A stretch of 64,000 nt of DNA from an uncultured Planctomycetota bacterium (GTDB lineage Bacteria > Planctomycetota > Planctomycetia > Isosphaerales > Isosphaeraceae): the NCBI GenBank assembly GCA_963823665.1, contig CAWGMQ010000011.1, positions 448,001 to 512,000 of the forward strand, in the 5' to 3' direction. A model generated the notes under the pieces. That model ran no database searches, was not told the DNA's origin, and was given only the letters and a program-made list of their open reading frames with translations. This document shows positions 49,126 to 61,143 of the stretch, piece after piece. A program made the translations under genes and the position numbers. Numbering within the stretch: position 1 is the stretch's first letter; each line of letters begins with the position of its first letter.

Positions 49126-51034
49126 TCAAGGTGGGGATGGTCCGGCGCGGGCGTCGCCCCGTCCAGGGCGGACGTCCCAGATGATCCCGGAGCGCGCCGA
49201 GCCGGTGTAGAGGCGCTTGCCATCCGGCGAGAATGCCATCACGTTGGCCCTGCCCGCATCGGGCTCGAGTGCGAGAACCTGCTGGCCGCTTTCGATGTCG
49301 AATATGCGGATCGTGTCGTCGGACGTCGCCAGCGTGCGGCCATCGGGGGCGAGCGTCAGGTCGCAGACCTTCGGGTCCTGCCGCCGGATCTCCCGGCGCA
49401 TCGTGCCGGACTCAACGTCCCATACGAAGAGCCGTTCGTTAAAGGTTGAGACCAGCGTGCGGCCGTCCGGGCTGAATGTGGCTTGATGTAAAGAGCGATC
49501 GCTGGGCCTGCCGGCGTTTTCCTGCTGCGGGTTCCGCCAATCGGCCACGAATCGGCGCTGCTCGTGCCCCGTGAGGCCGTTCAGCCGGATCACGGTGCCA
49601 TCTCTCAGTGCTGCCAGGAACCAGTGCGAGTTCGATACTGACCGCATGCCGACCACGGGATAGAAACCGGCCGTCTGGTCCTCAGGTGGGTTGCTCCAGC
49701 GCGTCTGCCCCGTCTCAGATTCGATCCCCGAGAAGTGCGACGTACCCATGCCTGCAACCAACGGGGATTCGACCACGAGCATCCGGCCGTCGGGTGCGAG
49801 TGTGGCCCAACCGAGTCTCTCTTTCCGACGAATCTCCCGGACGGTCCTGCCGATGCCGGCCTCGTAGAACACGACGAAGCCGACGTCGTGAGTGACCCAA
49901 TCCATTCGGTGAGCGGCCGCGAAGACAAGCTTGCCATCGGGCGAGAAGCCCACGGAATTCGCCCAGGGGTGCCGCACGATCGGGTCGATAGGCGGTGCCA
50001 CGAGCTTGTGCCAGAGCAGCTTGCCGGTTGTGGCGTCCCAAAGGCGCGCGAAGCCGTCGTTGTGGCCGGTGACGATCCGATCTCCTGTCGGCGACCAGGC
50101 CGCGCAGGCCGCGTACCTCGCCTGCGTGCTCGGGTCGTCGAGCGCACGCCGGCCGGTCGAAACCTCGAAGAGCTCAATCGCAATTTCATTCGGCGTCGCG
50201 ACCAACGTGCCGTCGGGTGAGAATGCCGGAAACCCCCCCGTGCCCCGAGCCGGGCAGCTCGATCGTCCGCTCCGGTTGCCCCGTCGCGGCGTCGAAAATG
50301 TGCAGCCACGTGACGTCGGACACCGCTACGTGCCGGCCGTCGCGCGACAACGCTCCGCGGCCGGCCCCACACTCCTCATCGCCCCGGTAGTCCGCGACGC
50401 GCTGACCTGTCTGGATGTCCCAGAAGCGAACCTCGCGCATTTCGGGGTTCTTGGTGGGGGCAATCTTGAGCTTCGTCTCTTCGATCCGCTTGGTGGTGCT
50501 TCCGATCGACATGATCCGGCGCCCGTCGGTCGTCACCGCGATTACTTTCACGTCCGGGTCCCTTAAGGCGACAAGGCGCACTGCGGGTGCAGCGAGCCGC
50601 TTTACCGGCCGGCCAGTGCGGACCTCGAAGATCTCGACCTCCGCACTCGGCGGATTGGAACACACGGCGGCGATCAGCCGGCCGTCCGGTGAGAACGCAA
50701 CTTCCCCGATGTTACCATCCGCCAACAGCGCGTCCGTGCCGATCCGCAGCAGGGCTCGGGGCGGCAGGAGCGGTTGGGCAATCTCAACCTTGGGCGGGGC
50801 ACCCGACGCCGGCCTGGGGGTCTCTGGTATGGCAGGCGCCTGCGGCCGCGCTGCCGGCGGCAACAAGGCAAATGCCGCCAGGGAGACCGGCAGTGCCCGC
50901 TTCCACCGAGCCCGTCGGGACCGTTTGCCCAGCCCTTCCCGCACCCGAGAGAACCAACGCCCCATGGCGACACACACCCTGGCCTGGATCATGGCCTCCT
51001 CCGGCGCACCGATTGGTGCGGTCTCTGACGTCAA
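49126..51034 (-). pseudogene. WD40-repeat protein, frameshifted near 50235 and apparently internally deleted
   Basis: LPPRALLRIGT, VAFSPDG repeats across ORFs 50186-51034 and 49126-50205. Confidence 0.7.
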
Positions 51035-51367
51035 GGTTGGCGACCGGGAATGATTTCCTTCACGATACCCCCAATTGCACGTTGGACCAGCGCCGCTTGG
51101 TCGTTAGTCATTAATCTTTGGTCATCGTAGACGCGGGGGGCGATGCGAATCGGGCGACCGGCAACACGCGGACGCGCCGCGTTCCTGCGGGCTCTAGGGC
51201 CGCGCGGGATGGTTGGCGCTGGGTGTTGCCGGGTTTGACCCCTGGGCGATCACCCAGAGGCTCTCGCTTACTCCCTGGTTCGGAAAGTCCGGGAACGCGA
51301 ACGGACCAAGGCCATCGATGGTGCTTGCCGCAGACCGCGCCCGCTGCGTTGGCCGAGACCCGCGCTG

Positions 51368-53677
51368 TTAGCGGTCCGTTGGCGGTTGGGCGCCCATCTC
51401 GAATCGAAGCGTTCCGCCTCTGGCGATTTCGGTGTGGTGAATCCAGAAGCGATCCAGCGGCTTCTCGTTCAGCCACGCTTTTTGAATATACGGATGATTT
51501 GTTGCCGCGTTCGCGGCAACGATCGTCAGCTTCTGGTCCTGCAACTGGATTTCGGCGCGTTCCCACAGCGGACCGGTGATCTCGTAGCGATCGGTGCCTG
51601 CTGTCGGAAACAAGCCCAGAGAGCTCAGGACGTACCACGCGGAGAGCGTGCCGCCGTCGTCGTTGCCATCGATGCCGCTCTCGCGATCGCCGTACTTCGT
51701 CTCGAGAATCCACCGGACCCACTTCTGTGTCAGGTCGGGACGGCTGGCGTAGTTGAAGAGGTAGGCGGCATAGAGGTCGGGTTGGTTCCCGTGCCAGTAG
51801 TAGGCGTTCGGGTTCAACCCCACGCCGGCGGGCGAGCGGGCGAAAAACTGCTCGAGCTCCTGGACGAAGAACTCGCGACTCTTGAACAAGGACACCACTT
51901 CCGCGGCATCGGACGGGACGCCCCAGCGCCATTGCCAGGCGCTCCCTTCGACATACGCGTGCGTGAATTTTCCGGTCGCGTCGACGTAGGTCAGCATTTC
52001 CGGTTTGAATTCCGCCAGGAACTTTCGCTGTGAGTCGCGCGGCTGAAAAAACTGCGTCTCCGGGTTCCAGAGATTTCGATAGAAACGGCCGTGATGCTGA
52101 AACACGATGGCGTCGTCGCGATGTCCGAGCGCTTCGGCCAACCTCGCGATCGCTTGATCGGCGTAACTGTATTCGATGGTACTGGCGACCGATTTCTTCA
52201 TGAGATCTGCCGGGCAGTATTCGTGCTTCAGATAATGCTCGACGCCGACGCGGCCCGAAAACGGCGATCCGGCGGGGACCGGGCCCAAAGCCGTTTTCCG
52301 CATGAATCGATAAGCGGATTCGACGTCAAAGTCTCGAATGCCCTTCAAGTAGGATTCGGCGATCACGATGTCCGCGGGTGTGCCGAACATGGATCCAGTG
52401 TAACCGCCTCCCGACGGCCAGCGCGGCAGATAGCCCCCCTGCTCTGCCATCTTGAGCAGAGAGACGATCATGTCGCGCTGTTCAAGGCGCGCGATCAAGT
52501 TGAACAGGGGATGCACCGTGCGAAACGTGTCCCATAGAGACATGTCGGTATAGTAAGTGAACCCGGCGGCCTGGTGAATCTTGCGATCGAATCCCAGGTA
52601 CTCGCCGTTCACGTCCTCAAAGGCTGTGGGCATCTGAAGCGCGTGATAGAGGGCAGTGCGGAATATCTTTCGCTGCCGCGTCGATCCGCCCCAGATCTGA
52701 ATCCGAGCGAGTTTTTCCTCCCACTGCGCGACCGCCTCGGTCAGGACTTGATCGAAACTCTTCTTGGCGGCTTCGTGCTCCAAGTTGGCGCGCGCGTGCT
52801 CGATGCTCACGCAGGATATCGCCAGTTTGAGCTCGATGACGCGCGAAGACTCTTCTGGCTGGAAGCCGAGAGTTACCCCGAGATCGTCGCCGCTCGCGAT
52901 CGGCTGTCCGGGAGTTTCCGTTTCTCCGGTCCACGTCGCGAAATTGTGAAACGGTCGATTGAATCGCGCGACAAAATAGACTTTGAGTCCACCGTAGCGT
53001 TTGGAGAATGTGCCTAAGGTCCGCACGGCTCCTTCGACCTCCCGCGCTTCCGGCAGGATGCGCACTTCGCCGGACGTCGCGGTTCCCTTGCCGAGCGCGT
53101 TCGTGACGTGGATCAGAATGTGCGGGACTTGTCGCTGGGGGAACGTATAGCGATGCACGCCCACGCGGCGGGTGGCCGTCAGCTCGGCGGTGATGCCGAA
53201 GGATGGGAGCGTCACGCCGTAGTAACCCGGGAAGGCGCGCTCTTGCTGATGGGAGTAATCGGCATTGAGCCCGCGCCGGTGCGATTTGGCGGTCTCCGCG
53301 GAGCAGGGAATCACCAGAAAGCTCCCGCCGTCCGTGGCGCCGGTACCCGAGAGCCTCGTGTGGCTGAATCCCAGGATGCGCTCGTCTACGTAGAAGTAAC
53401 CCGACGAATTGGTCGCTCGATTGCCCAGAAGCGACACCGTATCCGGACTGAGCCGCACCATGCCGAAGGGGACCGTGGCGCCCGGAAAGTTGTTGCCGCA
53501 CAGATATCTCACTCCGCCGGTTCCGATGAAGGGATTCACGTCGCTTCCCAGGATTCCTGGCCGGACCGCGGGATTCGGCTTCGGCGTATCGTCCTTGGCG
53601 GGAGCCGCTGGCAGGAGCGGGTGGATCGTCAGGATCGGAATCAAGAACCGGATCAGACTGAGATGCCGTGGCTTCAT
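51368..53677 (-). CDS. Glycoside hydrolase family 92 (alpha-mannosidase-like)
   Basis: VNPFIGTGG, PGATVPFGMVRLSPDT, SLWDTFRT, YVEGSAWQW, HGNQP, GNDDGGTLSAWY. Confidence 0.95.
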   Translation of the reverse strand: MKPRHLSLIRFLIPILTIHPLLPAAPAKDDTPKPNPAVRPGILGSDVNPFIGTGGVRYLCGNNFPGATVPFGMVRLSPDTVSLLGNRATNSSGYFYVDERILGFSHTRLSGTGATDGGSFLVIPCSAETAKSHRRGLNADYSHQQERAFPGYYGVTLPSFGITAELTATRRVGVHRYTFPQRQVPHILIHVTNALGKGTATSGEVRILPEAREVEGAVRTLGTFSKRYGGLKVYFVARFNRPFHNFATWTGETETPGQPIASGDDLGVTLGFQPEESSRVIELKLAISCVSIEHARANLEHEAAKKSFDQVLTEAVAQWEEKLARIQIWGGSTRQRKIFRTALYHALQMPTAFEDVNGEYLGFDRKIHQAAGFTYYTDMSLWDTFRTVHPLFNLIARLEQRDMIVSLLKMAEQGGYLPRWPSGGGYTGSMFGTPADIVIAESYLKGIRDFDVESAYRFMRKTALGPVPAGSPFSGRVGVEHYLKHEYCPADLMKKSVASTIEYSYADQAIARLAEALGHRDDAIVFQHHGRFYRNLWNPETQFFQPRDSQRKFLAEFKPEMLTYVDATGKFTHAYVEGSAWQWRWGVPSDAAEVVSLFKSREFFVQELEQFFARSPAGVGLNPNAYYWHGNQPDLYAAYLFNYASRPDLTQKWVRWILETKYGDRESGIDGNDDGGTLSAWYVLSSLGLFPTAGTDRYEITGPLWERAEIQLQDQKLTIVAANAATNHPYIQKAWLNEKPLDRFWIHHTEIARGGTLRFEMGAQPPTDR

Positions 53678-53883
53678 CGTTCAGTTTCCGTGACGGCTGG
53701 ATGTTACGTTCGTGAGAAGAACGGAGCGGGATCTGGCATGACATGAGTTGTACCACGACGGTCGACGATGTCGCGACTTTCGTTGCGTAATGCACGGGTT
53801 GCAGTCACAATACCTTGGATTCCTGAAATGCGGACCGGCCCACTGCCGTGGCCCGCTCGAACCTGGACCCAAGGACGACCTCA

Positions 53884-56712
53884 ATGCGTATTCTCGGCGC
53901 GATTCACCTCGCCTTGTTTCTGTCCATTGTCATCACCACTGCGCTGGCCGCCGCCGAGACGAATGTGCCGAAGCCGCCGGAGCTGGCGCTCGAGGCATAT
54001 ACTCTGCCAAACGGGCTCAAGGTCGCGCTGCATCGTGATTCGGTTGTGCCGCGGGTGACGGTCACCGTGGCTTATCACGTCGGATCCAAGAACGAGAAGG
54101 CGGGGCGGACGGGATTCGCGCACTTCTTCGAACACATGATGTTCCGTGGCACCAAGAACGTGCCCAACTACGACAAGCCCCTCCAGGAAGCCGGGGGCTC
54201 GTCCAACGCATTCACGAACCAGGACATGACCGTTTATTTTGAGACGGTTCCCAGCAATTTCCTCGAACGGGCGCTGTATCTCGAGGCCGAGCGGCTGGCG
54301 TTCCTGCCGTCGGCCCTCGATCAGAGAAAGTTTGACACCGAGCGTGACGTCGTCAAGAACGAGCGACGCCAGAGTTATGAAAACCGGCCGTATGGGCTCG
54401 ATTCCGAGGCGATTCTTTCGGCTCTCTTTCCCAAGGGACATCCCTACTCATGGCCAACGATCGGGTCGATGGATGATCTGAGCAAGGCGACGCTTGACGA
54501 CCTCAAAGCGTTTTTCGGCGAGTTTTACCATCCCGCGAATGCGACCCTCTGCCTCGCGGGCGACTTCGAGCCGAGCGAGGCCAAGGCGCTCATCGAGAAG
54601 TATTTCGGGGGACTTGCCCCCGGACCCAAACCGAAGGCCGTGGCCGTGCCGCCGGCTCCGGCAAGTGCCGAGAAGCTCGTGCGATTCGACCGCGTGCAGT
54701 TGCCGCGCGTGTACTGGAACTGGCCGGGCCTCGCCTCGGACCATCCTGACGCACCTGCCCTTGACTTGCTCGCCGACGTGCTGGCAGGCGGCGATACGTC
54801 ACGCTTGCATCGCGAGCTGGTTCTAGAGAAACGCTTGAGCAAGGATGTGTCCGCCGCCAGCTTGGGGTGGGAATCGGCCGGACGATTCGCGCTCATGAGC
54901 ACCGCGGCGGAAGGTGCCAAGCCCGATCAGGTTCTCGCTTCGATCGAGGCGGCTTTTGATGGCGCGGTGCGGAAGGTGCAAGCCAACCCGCCGACGGCGG
55001 ATGAGCTGGCACGGGCGCTGGCACTCTTCGAGAAGCGGTCGTACGCGCGCTTGACGAGCCCGCTTTTTCGCGCAGTGGCACTGGCCACCGGCTTCGCTCA
55101 GAAAGACGACCCGCGTCACTATCAGAAGGAGTTTGCGCGATATTACCAAGTCACGACGGCCGATTTGACCCGTGTCGCTAACACGTACCTGAAGCCCGAG
55201 AAGCTTGTCGTCTGGACCGAGGCGGCCGGGCCGGGACGGCCGCGCAGCGAGGCCGCGAAGGCCGGGCCGATCCCGTCGGCGACGCATGCGGAGATCGCGT
55301 CGGTGGCCGAGCGCGCGCCTGCGCCCACGCCGGGTCTGGACTGGTCGAAGATGCCGGGACCGTCGACCGCCAGGCCATTCCGGGCACCGCGGTTTGTGCG
55401 GAAGACGCTCTCGAACGGGCTCGACGTGTGGTTCGCGTCGTGGAAAACGCTTCCGCTGGTCACGGTCGAGCTGATGGTGCCTTCCGGTACGGCCGACGAT
55501 CCGCACGGCAAGTCGGGCCTGGCCACGCTCGCCGCGTCCCTTCTCGACAAGGGGACGACGCGCTTGACGGCGACCGAGCTGGGCGAAGCGCTCGAAACAC
55601 TTGGCGTCACTCTTAACGCGCAGGCGTCGACCGATGACCTGACGGTGAGCTGGAGCACGATTGCCAGGAATCTCGAACCGTCGCTCAAGCTCGTGGCGAA
55701 TGTCGTCGCCTCGCCGCGATTCGACCCGAAGGACTTCGAGCGTGAGCAGGCACTGGCGCTGGCACGTCTGGTGCAGGGGCCGGATAACATAAACTGGCTC
55801 GCGGGCCGGGCGCTGCCGGTTCTTCTCTACGGCAAGGGGCACCCTTATGCCAACCCGGCGGATGGTTACGCTGAGACCGTCAAGGCGATCACACTCGATG
55901 ACGTCAAATCGTTTCATGCCGAACACGTCGGGCCCAAGGGGGCGAGCTTGATCGTGGTGGGTGACGTCGAGCCCGACGCCTTGTTCGCGATGCTCGAGTC
56001 AACACTGGGCGCGTGGCCGGCGAAGAATGCTGGTCCGTCGCCGAGGGTCGCTGCGGGCCTGAAGGCCGATCCGAGCGTGATCTATCTGGTGGACAAGCCG
56101 GGTGCGGTGCAGTCGATCTTGAATGTCGGGCGCCTGTGGGTTGACCGATCCGACGACCGCTATTTTGCCGCGCTTCTGGGCAATCGCATGCTGGGGGGCG
56201 ACTTCCTGAGCCGGCTAAATCAGAACCTGCGCGAGAAGCACGGATATTCGTACGGGGCGCGATCGGGATTTCGCTTTCGGCGCAAAGGGAGCTTCTTCAC
56301 CGTGAGCACGTCCGTACGAACGGACGCGACTGCGCTTGCCCTCAAGGAAGTGCTGAGCGAGCTGGATGGTCTGGCGGGGACCAACCCACTGAGCGACGCG
56401 GAGATTGCCCTGGCCGTGGGGGCCGAGGTCAAGGAGTATCCCGATGAGTTCGCGTCGCCGCAATCGATCGCCGGCGCACTCGGGGAAATGGCCGAGTATC
56501 AGCTTCCGCCGGATTACCTCGACACGTTTCTTGATCGACTCCAGTCGACCAAGGCCGCGGAGATCGGCAAGACCATGGCGGAGGTGGTGGCGAAGAGCGA
56601 GCGTGTGACGCTGGTCGTCGGCGACCGCAAGGTTATCGAGCCGAAGCTCAAGGCGATGGGGTATGATAAGATTCAGACAATTACGTATGATGGGGAGCAG
56701 ACCAAGGAATGA
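53884..56712 (+). CDS. M16 family zinc protease (pitrilysin/PqqL-like)
   Basis: Signal peptide; TGFAHFFEHMMF (HxxEH); second, non-catalytic M16 half with LREKHGYSYG. Confidence 0.95.
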   Translation: MRILGAIHLALFLSIVITTALAAAETNVPKPPELALEAYTLPNGLKVALHRDSVVPRVTVTVAYHVGSKNEKAGRTGFAHFFEHMMFRGTKNVPNYDKPLQEAGGSSNAFTNQDMTVYFETVPSNFLERALYLEAERLAFLPSALDQRKFDTERDVVKNERRQSYENRPYGLDSEAILSALFPKGHPYSWPTIGSMDDLSKATLDDLKAFFGEFYHPANATLCLAGDFEPSEAKALIEKYFGGLAPGPKPKAVAVPPAPASAEKLVRFDRVQLPRVYWNWPGLASDHPDAPALDLLADVLAGGDTSRLHRELVLEKRLSKDVSAASLGWESAGRFALMSTAAEGAKPDQVLASIEAAFDGAVRKVQANPPTADELARALALFEKRSYARLTSPLFRAVALATGFAQKDDPRHYQKEFARYYQVTTADLTRVANTYLKPEKLVVWTEAAGPGRPRSEAAKAGPIPSATHAEIASVAERAPAPTPGLDWSKMPGPSTARPFRAPRFVRKTLSNGLDVWFASWKTLPLVTVELMVPSGTADDPHGKSGLATLAASLLDKGTTRLTATELGEALETLGVTLNAQASTDDLTVSWSTIARNLEPSLKLVANVVASPRFDPKDFEREQALALARLVQGPDNINWLAGRALPVLLYGKGHPYANPADGYAETVKAITLDDVKSFHAEHVGPKGASLIVVGDVEPDALFAMLESTLGAWPAKNAGPSPRVAAGLKADPSVIYLVDKPGAVQSILNVGRLWVDRSDDRYFAALLGNRMLGGDFLSRLNQNLREKHGYSYGARSGFRFRRKGSFFTVSTSVRTDATALALKEVLSELDGLAGTNPLSDAEIALAVGAEVKEYPDEFASPQSIAGALGEMAEYQLPPDYLDTFLDRLQSTKAAEIGKTMAEVVAKSERVTLVVGDRKVIEPKLKAMGYDKIQTITYDGEQTKE

Positions 56713-56759
56713 GTGGGTTCGGTGCGACGCAGATCGATGCTCTGCTGCCACGCCGCGTC

Positions 56760-57245
56760 TTCCGCGAGACGGGCAATGCCGGACGCGTCCAGTTAGTGCA
56801 TGACCTGCTGCGGGAGCGTTCGAACGGCGACCTCTCGGCGACGCGCCCGCGCAGCCTGCATCGTCGCGTTGGCGTGCTACTGGAGCTGCGCAGGAAACAA
56901 GGCCAGGGCGTGGCACCGGCTGTGCTGGCGGAGCACTTCAAGCAATCGGAGGACCGTTCCAGGGCCTTCGCCTATTCGCTCGAAGCGGCCGAGGCGGCGA
57001 TTGATGCCTACGCGTTCAATAATGCGATTGCTCACGTGAAAGACGCCCAGGAGCTCTGTGACCTCATTGACCGTGCGGTCGAATCGCTAACCGCTCGTGG
57101 CTCGACCACCGTTGGCGTCGCATGTGGAGTGCTTGGCTTTGTGCGCCTTCAAGCGTCGGACTATGACGGAGCCCGTGCTGCGTTCGAGCGATCGTGTTAC
57201 GAGCGCCTACTCTGCCAAATTGACGCTCTGCACGACTGCGATTAG
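56760..57245 (+). pseudogene. Remnant of a predicted ATPase/TPR (STAND-like) gene
   Basis: VHDLLRE...LHRRVG..LE...LAEHF...A..Y...AAEAA...YA pattern typical of the post-ATPase helical region; no ATPase domain present. Confidence 0.5.
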
Positions 57246-57581
57246 CGTCACCGCCTGCGGCCGACCGGTGGCGCACGGAGACGCGAACGTGGACAGGGCT
57301 GATTGGCAACATTTAGCCGAAGTTCGGATTGGCGAGTCGACAGCTACGAAACACACACGCTCGCCAAGGCCGCGAGGATGGTTGAGGCTGTATCACATCC
57401 TGCAGACGGGGTACTTCCACGGATCAAGCGCCATTGGTGACGGAACAGATCAACGCCGGAGGCGCGCTGGTCCGAGACTTCGATAAATACGCGCCCGTCG
57501 TCAGCGCTTTCTGGTTGAAGGAAGGTGGCGACGGCGCATCAGCCCGAGTGGGCCGGGTGCGTGGGCCGTTCAGGAAACGTC

Positions 57582-58193
57582 CTAGCCAGCGGTAGCGGAC
57601 CAGGGTCTGATAGGTCCAAACGCGAAGTAACGGGTCGTTCCCTCATCAACGATCGCGGCATCGGGCGGCGTTGTGCCGCGTTTGTTTGCGATGTTCAAGC
57701 TCGCGCCATTTCGGACCAACACATCGACAGCGTTTACGTGGCCAAGAAATGCCGCTGCGTGCAGGGCCGTTCCGCCGTCCCGGTCGACGGCGTTCAAATC
57801 AGCGCTGCGCGAGATGAGCAGCTCGATGGCCACTGCCTGCCCGGTGACCGCCGCCCAGAGCAACGGCGTTCCGCCGCGTCCGGGATCCACGTCGTTCACT
57901 GCCACCCCGCTTGCCAGGTGCCGCTCAATGGCGCCCGTGTCACCCGTTCGCGCGGCCGCCCAGATGTTCGACGCCTTGCCGGCCGGCGACGCACCACCGG
58001 GCTTGCTGGCGGCGGACGACATCGCGACGGCGGAGACCCAGGTTGTGGCCGGGACGACGGTGACCATCCCCAGCAACACGGGGAGAAACACCCTGTGGAA
58101 CCGGTGCTTCACCAGCGACTTGCGGCCTCGAACCACGGTCGCACGACCGTGGCCACGTCGTGCTGAGCCGAATGGACGAGCCCAATGCGCCAC
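57582..58193 (-). pseudogene. Fragment of an acyltransferase-3-like membrane protein with ankyrin repeats
   Basis: HRFHRVFLPVLLGMVTVVP then GTPLLWAA, GTALHAAAFLGH ankyrin motifs; both ends look broken. Confidence 0.6.
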
Positions 58194-58811
58194 TGCCGTT
58201 CAAAGAAAAGGCCGGAATCGTTGCAAAAGGCATAATCGGACCGGGTCGGAACAAAAGGTCCGAGAATCCGGGGATCGGTGCAAAAAAATCGAGCGTTTTG
58301 TAGATCGTTTGGGAAATGGGCAAGTTGTCACTCGTCAGGTGACAGCCGGCAGCGCACCGAACGTCGCGGGTCTCGCGACTGGAGGGTTGTTCATGGGCGA
58401 TGGCCTCGGAGTGAACATGGCGACTGAGCTGGCGGCTTCTTCGTGTGCGCCACCGCGAAATATGACAAACGAACCCAAACTGGATGGAGACATGATCAGA
58501 AGAGAACACGCAGAGCGCAAGTCGGTTACGGCGAATCGGGCAGTTCGCCGGGACTTGACAGGTTGTCAAACGAACCCGATTGGCGAGGCGTGGGGCCGGG
58601 GTGGCGAGAGCCGCGAGTGGGGAGATCGGAAACTGGTTCGAGAGTTATATCATAAGTTATCACTTTGCTCCATGGCCGTAGACGCGAAGCGCGCGACGAA
58701 AGCGCAACTCGCCTTTGCAGTTGCGAAGGGAGAGTCGATCCGCTGGCGGGCATGGAGCGCGCCGCGCGCTGGCCCGCATCGTTCGGGGACCTCACGCGAG
58801 CATTCAGGGCA

Positions 58812-58853
58812 CAACGGACAACTGACAACGGACGACTAACAATTAACGATTAC
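58812..58853 (+). repeat. Degenerate heptamer tandem repeat, 6 units
   Basis: CAACGGA CAACTGA CAACGGA CGACTAA CAATTAA CGATTAC. Confidence 0.7.
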
Positions 58854-58856
58854 AGA

Positions 58857-61143
58857 ATGACCATGCTCACCATCAATACGCAGTTCAATCACAGTGCGGC
58901 GGGCGCGAGTGCCGGGGGGAGCCGGAAGGGGCGCGGGTTCTGGTACGGGATGCTTGCGCGTGCCGTGGAGCAAGATCGCCGGCAGCGCGGGGAGGCACCA
59001 AAACTTTCCGCAAACGAAGTCCTCGCGTGGGGGACGGCGTTTTTTGGACGAACCGGCGACTGGCCGAACCACGCATCGGGGCCGATTCCCGAGGCGCCCG
59101 GTGAAACCTGGCTGCTGGTCGCGGCGGCGCTGGCACGTGGGCTACGGGGCTTACCTTGTAGCCGCACGCTCGCGCGTTTCTTCAGTGAACGGCGAGTTCG
59201 ATTCAATCCGGCAGACCTGAAGCTTTCCGACGAGCAGATAGTCGCGTGGGCCGATGCCTGGCTGGCCCGAACGGGTGACTGGCCGACGCGCGACTCCGGG
59301 CTGATCCTCTCCGGTGGACGAATCACCTGGAGGCTCGTCGACCTCGCGCTGCGGGCCGGGCGCGGCGATTCGCGGGAGGTAGGATCGCTCGAGGGTATCC
59401 TCGCCAGCCGGCGAGGAGTGGCCCGCCCGCGGCTCTCGGTGGTGAAGATCCTGGCCTGGGCGGATGCTTTTCACAAGCGGGCCGCGCAGTGGCCGACCGA
59501 CGTGTGTGGGCCGGTCGCCGAGGCGCGCACCGAGAGCTGCGCGAGATCGACAACGCTCTGGCTGCTGGGTTGCGAGGACTGCCGGGCGGGTCGTCGCTGG
59601 CTGGACTGCTTGCCGCCAAGCGTCGGGTGCGCACTGAAGGCGGGCCTCGCAGGCTGACGATCGAGGCAATTCTCGAGTGGGCAGATGCATTTCACGAGCG
59701 CACCCGAGTGTGGCCCGACAGCGAGTCGGGAGACATTCCGGAGTCTCCGGGCGACGAGTGGAGCGACGTGCAACACGCGCTGGTCTGGGGCGGGCGCGGA
59801 CTCGACGGGGACTCATCGCTTTTGAAGCTGCTCGCGGACCAGCGCGGGGTGAGCCGCAATCTTCACTCGCCGGAATTGACGTTTCCGCAGATCCTGTCCT
59901 GGGCCGATTTGTTTCACGCGCGCAATGGGCGATGGCCGACGCGGTTCTCGGGACCGGTGGGCGCCGCGCCGGGGGAAACCTGGCGGTCGATCGAGATGGC
60001 GATCCGGTTTGCGTGCCGTGGAGTTCCTCGTGGATGGACGCTGTCGCGGCTGCTCAGCCAGAAGCGGACCAAGAAGGACCTTGCTCGCCGGCCTCGATTG
60101 ACGGACAAGCAGATTCTGGCGTGGGCCGATGTGCATCGCAAAGTGACGGGGATGTGGCCGAGCCCGCGATCGGGTGCCGTTACTGGCGCTCCGGGGGAGA
60201 CCTGGGCGAGTATTCAGCAGTGCCTTCGATTGGGTTTTCGCGGCTTGAAGGGCGGGCGCACGCTGCTGGCGCTGCTTCGAGCCAGACGGAGTGCGGTGCG
60301 GCAGCCCAAGCCTCGCCGCCTCACAGCTCAGCGCATCCTTTCCTGGGCGGACGCGCATCACGCACGTACGGGCCGATGGCCGACCGCGCGGCCGGACCCG
60401 ATTCCCGAGTCGCCGGCGGAGAACTGGCGAAAAGTGAGCGAGGCGCTCTACGTGGGCACGCGGGGCCTGCCGGGCGGCTCATCCCTCTCGCAGTTGCTGG
60501 TCGAGCAGCGTGGAGTGCCGGATCGATTTCGGCGGCCCAAGCTCAGCTACTCGCGGATCCTTCAGTGGGCTGATCAATTCCACGCCCGCACGGGTCGATG
60601 GCCGACCTCCAAGTGCGGTGTGGTGGCCGACGCGGCCGGCGAGACCTGGGGCGGTATCGATTACGCCCTGCTGGAGGGCTGCCGCGGTCTTCCGGGCGGG
60701 ACTCGCTGGCGCGACTGCTAACGATCGAGCGCGGCATCCGCTGCCGGGCGCATCGGCCGGCGCTATCGCTTTCAGAAATCACCCGCTGGGCTCTGGCGCA
60801 CCGCGCGAGGACGGGCCGATGGCCGCGGCCGGAATCGGCAGCGATTCCGGAGTCGTGGGGCGACACGTGGCGCGCGGTGGATTCAGCCCTGCGCTTCGGC
60901 AGTCGCGGGCTAGAGGGCGGGATGTCCCTTACCCGGTTGCAGAGCATTGAGATCGCTGCCAGCTCGGAGCCCGGCCTGACGGCCGCCCTCTCCGTGGTGG
61001 GCCCGGAGATCACAGCGCACCCTGGCGATCAAAACGGGAAGCCAGATGACGACCGATTCCATTCGTCCAAACATTTCTCTAGAAAAACGACCCTTCTATC
61101 CGAGACTTCAACATGCAAACACAGCCTTACTCAGCCAATGTGA
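58857..61143 (+). CDS. Uncharacterised protein of nine ~74-aa Trp-rich repeats; single-base frameshifts near 59539 and 60700
   Basis: ORFs 58665-59657, 59489-60721 and 60598-61143 join into L(S/T)..QILAWADAFH.RTG.WP...SG.I...PGETW..(V/I)..AL..G.RGLPGG.SL..LL...R x9. Confidence 0.8.
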
